DNA of 64,000 bases from a virus. Its lineage: Duplodnaviria; Caudoviricetes. Below are positions 61,230-64,000 of the stretch, one piece after another; within the stretch, counting starts at the first letter, position 1; every line of letters begins with the position of its first letter. The position numbers and the translations under genes were made by a program. Location: IMG/VR virus record IMGVR_UViG_3300028833_000053. One strand, given 5' to 3'. The notes beneath the pieces are model-generated. The model saw only the letters and a list, made by a program, of their open reading frames with translations. It was not told the DNA's origin and did not search any database.

Positions 61230-62132
61230 ATGGGAAAGTACGAATTGACCGACCAAGGCATTGAGACAATCAATGACAACATGGTAAGGGCGAAGGAACT
61301 TCTTGAAACCGCGGCCCAAATCATCCACGATGCTTCCGATTGGTCTCCTGAAATGCAGGAGATTTGGGAATACATCGACAATTCCTCCAAGGACGTTGGC
61401 GATCTTGTTGACGCTTGGCAGAAACTTGTGTATTGAAAGGACAACAAGTGAGAGACATCGAAACCATAAAGGAAATTGCACGTAAGCTCCATGCCGCGAA
61501 GGAACTTCTGCGGGAAGCATCCAAACTTGCAAGCACCATAAAGGACGCGGAGTTTGAGTGGGATGCTATGACGATTGACGGGCACTATGAAGACGTTTCC
61601 CATACCCTGATTGACGTTGCGGGTTTGGCTTATATGGAGGTATGACAATGGCTTGGCACAAGATTGACCAATCAAGAGTGAAGATGCGGGCTCAAAGAGC
61701 GGCAAAGGCTTGGAACAACTTCATGGAAGAGTTGGAACAGGTCACGATGGAAAGCAACCACACCCAATGCGAGGAAATCTACAAGAAGCTACAAGCACTT
61801 CAGGACGAGGTTGGTGACAATCTCAGAAAGGCATACAAGGGGGCTTGAAGATGTCATATCATAGAAACGACCAGTCGAGCATACCCTGTTCGAGGATATC
61901 TACAATACGATGTCCAATAATGGATAACAAGGAATTGCATAAGGTTCTTCTCAAGATGAGGAACCGCGTCAAGAAGTTTGGAGACTTGATGCGCGAGTGC
62001 TTTAGTCGGGACAGAGAGGACAATATATCTGAAGGGTGGTTGTCCAAAGGTGAAATAGCCTTGTTCGAGGATGACATGAAGAATCTTGTGGATGAGGCAT
62101 TGAAGATTGAAAGGAAGTCTGACAATGGATAA
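61230..62132 (+). other. Run of four short helical ORFs (61230..61436, ~61449..61645, ~61648..61848, ~61920..62132)
   Basis: SD sites; the first two share AKELL..A. Confidence 0.55.
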
Positions 62133-62634
62133 CAACAAGTATTTGTTCCTCATAACGGGTGCTGCGGGTGCTGGAAAGTCCACCCTTGCAGAGAAAATCC
62201 AAGACAACGCCATCGGACTCATAGAGCCGATTGCCGAAATTTGCGAGGCCGACGAGTTCTGGTACATCTTGGGCAAGGGCAAGTACGCTTTCAACCCAAA
62301 GCTGCTCTGGAAAGCGCACAAGTGGTGTCAGGACAACGCCAAGGAACTGATGGCTATGGGGCTGAACCTCATCGTGTCCAACACCAACATCAAGCCCAGC
62401 GACCGCAAGCCCTATTTCGACATGGCGAAGGAGTACAACTATAAAGTTGTATACATCCACCTCACAACGCAGTTCCAGAACCAACATGGCGTTCCTGACG
62501 AGCATGTGAAGAGGATGCGCGATAACTACGTTGATTTGTCTTCCGACGAGAAAGCCCTTGTTGTGAAGTCCGAGGAAATGTCCGATGAATTGGCTGAACT
62601 CTTGAAGAAAGCTGGTGTGAACTATGAATACTGA
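62125..62634 (+). CDS. P-loop (AAA_33 / polynucleotide kinase-like) protein
   Basis: GAAGAGKST, EADEF, AH.WCQ, VSNT, HGVP. Confidence 0.85.
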   Translation: MDNNKYLFLITGAAGAGKSTLAEKIQDNAIGLIEPIAEICEADEFWYILGKGKYAFNPKLLWKAHKWCQDNAKELMAMGLNLIVSNTNIKPSDRKPYFDMAKEYNYKVVYIHLTTQFQNQHGVPDEHVKRMRDNYVDLSSDEKALVVKSEEMSDELAELLKKAGVNYEY

Positions 62635-62926
62635 GAAAATCGTCATTGACACGAAGGAGACAGTTGCCAAGTTGAGTTTTCTCATTGGCAAGACCATTTT
62701 AATGAGGACTGCCGAGGGTGATGCCAGCGTTGCCGCAAGAGTTGAGGCGGTGATGGTTGAAAACACCCCCGGAATGGAAGGTCATCCAGTGGTTTCCCTT
62801 TATACCACCATTGGAGTCAAGCGCATAGCCAATTCATCCCAGTTCGACGACATTTTGGTTTTGGAATCCGACAATTCGTTTCTCAGACTTCGCCTCCACA
62901 CGGATATGGAAGGTATCGTGTTCTGA
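62624..62926 (+). CDS. Hypothetical protein
   Basis: Overlapping start. Confidence 0.55.
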   Translation: MNTEKIVIDTKETVAKLSFLIGKTILMRTAEGDASVAARVEAVMVENTPGMEGHPVVSLYTTIGVKRIANSSQFDDILVLESDNSFLRLRLHTDMEGIVF

Positions 62927-62978
62927 GCCTTTACTTTCAACCCCAAATGTGGTATAATCTGGTGAAAGGACTTCCCAG

Positions 62979-63500
62979 ATGAAGGTCAGACTGGATTTCA
63001 TAAGCAATTCAAGTTCAAGCTCGTTCTTGATGATTGGACGTGACTACACGCCCAATGACGGCCACACTCTGACCATCGAGGACTTCGAGAATCTGAGGGA
63101 TGGCGAGAGGTTCTTCTTGATAGAGCCGAACATGGGTGAAGGTCATTATGTCATTCAAATAACACCAGACATGATGCTTGACTTCGACATGCAGGAGAAC
63201 CGCATAGTTTTGGACACCCACAAGTTTTCATCCTACTTCAGGATATTCAGAAAGTTTTGCTATAGTGAATCCGAGTATGGGGACAACGAGAAGGTGTATG
63301 ATTCCGAGTTTTGGGGGCACCGTTACAATGTGATTTTCTCCAGTGGTTCGGGAAAGGAAAAATCCATACGTGAATTTCCCCTGTGCAAAGATGAGCGTTT
63401 GATTGACATTGACGTTGAGGATCACTGCCCAACCGCGCACAAAGACGTTATGAAATGGCTTAAGGAAAGGTATTCATCCATAAAGGAGCAAGAACAATGA
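62979..63500 (+). CDS. MKxRxDFxSNSSSSSF-family phage protein
   Basis: Signature N-terminus; own promoter. Confidence 0.75.
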   Translation: MKVRLDFISNSSSSSFLMIGRDYTPNDGHTLTIEDFENLRDGERFFLIEPNMGEGHYVIQITPDMMLDFDMQENRIVLDTHKFSSYFRIFRKFCYSESEYGDNEKVYDSEFWGHRYNVIFSSGSGKEKSIREFPLCKDERLIDIDVEDHCPTAHKDVMKWLKERYSSIKEQEQ

Positions 63501-64000
63501 AAGTGAGAAACGATTACGTTAGCAACTCCAGCTCGTCCAGCTTCATTCTGGCCGACCATGAGATTTTCCACCACTTCAACATAACCAAGTACGACATCAT
63601 GAATGCCCTTGTTGAAATCTATGGCAGGGAAAGGCACAAAAACGAAGTCCAGCGCAAGCGGGAGTACATGGCCGCGCATCCTGAATACTTTGAGAAGAAG
63701 GAGCGCAAGGACGGAAACGTTGGTCCGTTCTGGGTCTATGACATGACCGACAAGAAGGACAGGAAGGAAGCCATTTCACGTTGGGGAAGTCTTCTTAAAG
63801 GTTGGGACGCGAACAACTGCCATTTCGTCTACGAGAAGGGCAAGGGTTGCATTGCCACAGGTGGGGAGAACAGCATCCGCTATCAGTCCATGATTGACAA
63901 CATCGCGGAGATCTATGGGATGCACCATTGGGACTTGCGCGAACACGCCGTGAATCCGAAGGAGGAAGTCACGCGCTGGGTGAGTTCCAACAAGAAAGAC
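63497..64000 (+). CDS. Second MKxRxDxxSNSSSSSF-family protein (truncated by window end)
   Basis: MKVRNDYVSNSSSSSFI; open to the end of the window. Confidence 0.75.
   Translation, partial: MKVRNDYVSNSSSSSFILADHEIFHHFNITKYDIMNALVEIYGRERHKNEVQRKREYMAAHPEYFEKKERKDGNVGPFWVYDMTDKKDRKEAISRWGSLLKGWDANNCHFVYEKGKGCIATGGENSIRYQSMIDNIAEIYGMHHWDLREHAVNPKEEVTRWVSSNKKD

Noticed and set aside
1-64000. CRISPR array, rRNA or canonical tRNA (including a CUA suppressor)
   Set aside because: No repeat-spacer array or full cloverleaf was found by eye; tRNAscan-SE would be needed to exclude a tRNA.

Overview
The window is a 64-kb segment of a large, T4-like or jumbo dsDNA bacteriophage, probably gut- or rumen-associated. 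It appears to read TAG as glutamine (genetic code 15). I count 26 in-frame TAG codons that join ORF-track fragments into complete proteins, and two of them fall on conserved Gln positions of TnpB. Of these 26, 23 lie in units preceded by a recurrent GTAAATA motif, a likely late promoter; most other genes follow sigma70-type TTGACA/TTTACA-N17-TATAAT/TATACT promoters. Recognisable genes include ThyX, dUTPase, a DnaB/gp41-like helicase, a sigma70-family factor, GroEL, metallophosphoesterases, glycosyltransferases, a permuted papain-like amidase, tail-related proteins, a ~1,790-aa adhesin, an intact TnpB, two free-standing endonucleases and a BtsCI-like type IIS restriction-modification cassette. 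The most unusual elements are four: (i) a Ro60/TROVE gene flanked by two separately promoted, minimal Y-RNA-like RNAs; (ii) two enzymes (NAD-dependent ligase and an amino-methyltransferase) each split into two genes with the C-terminal half upstream; (iii) an orphan small RNA exposing an anti-Shine-Dalgarno sequence; (iv) a TnpB whose predicted guide matches a neighbouring promoter. All family assignments come from motif recognition by eye; no database search was run.
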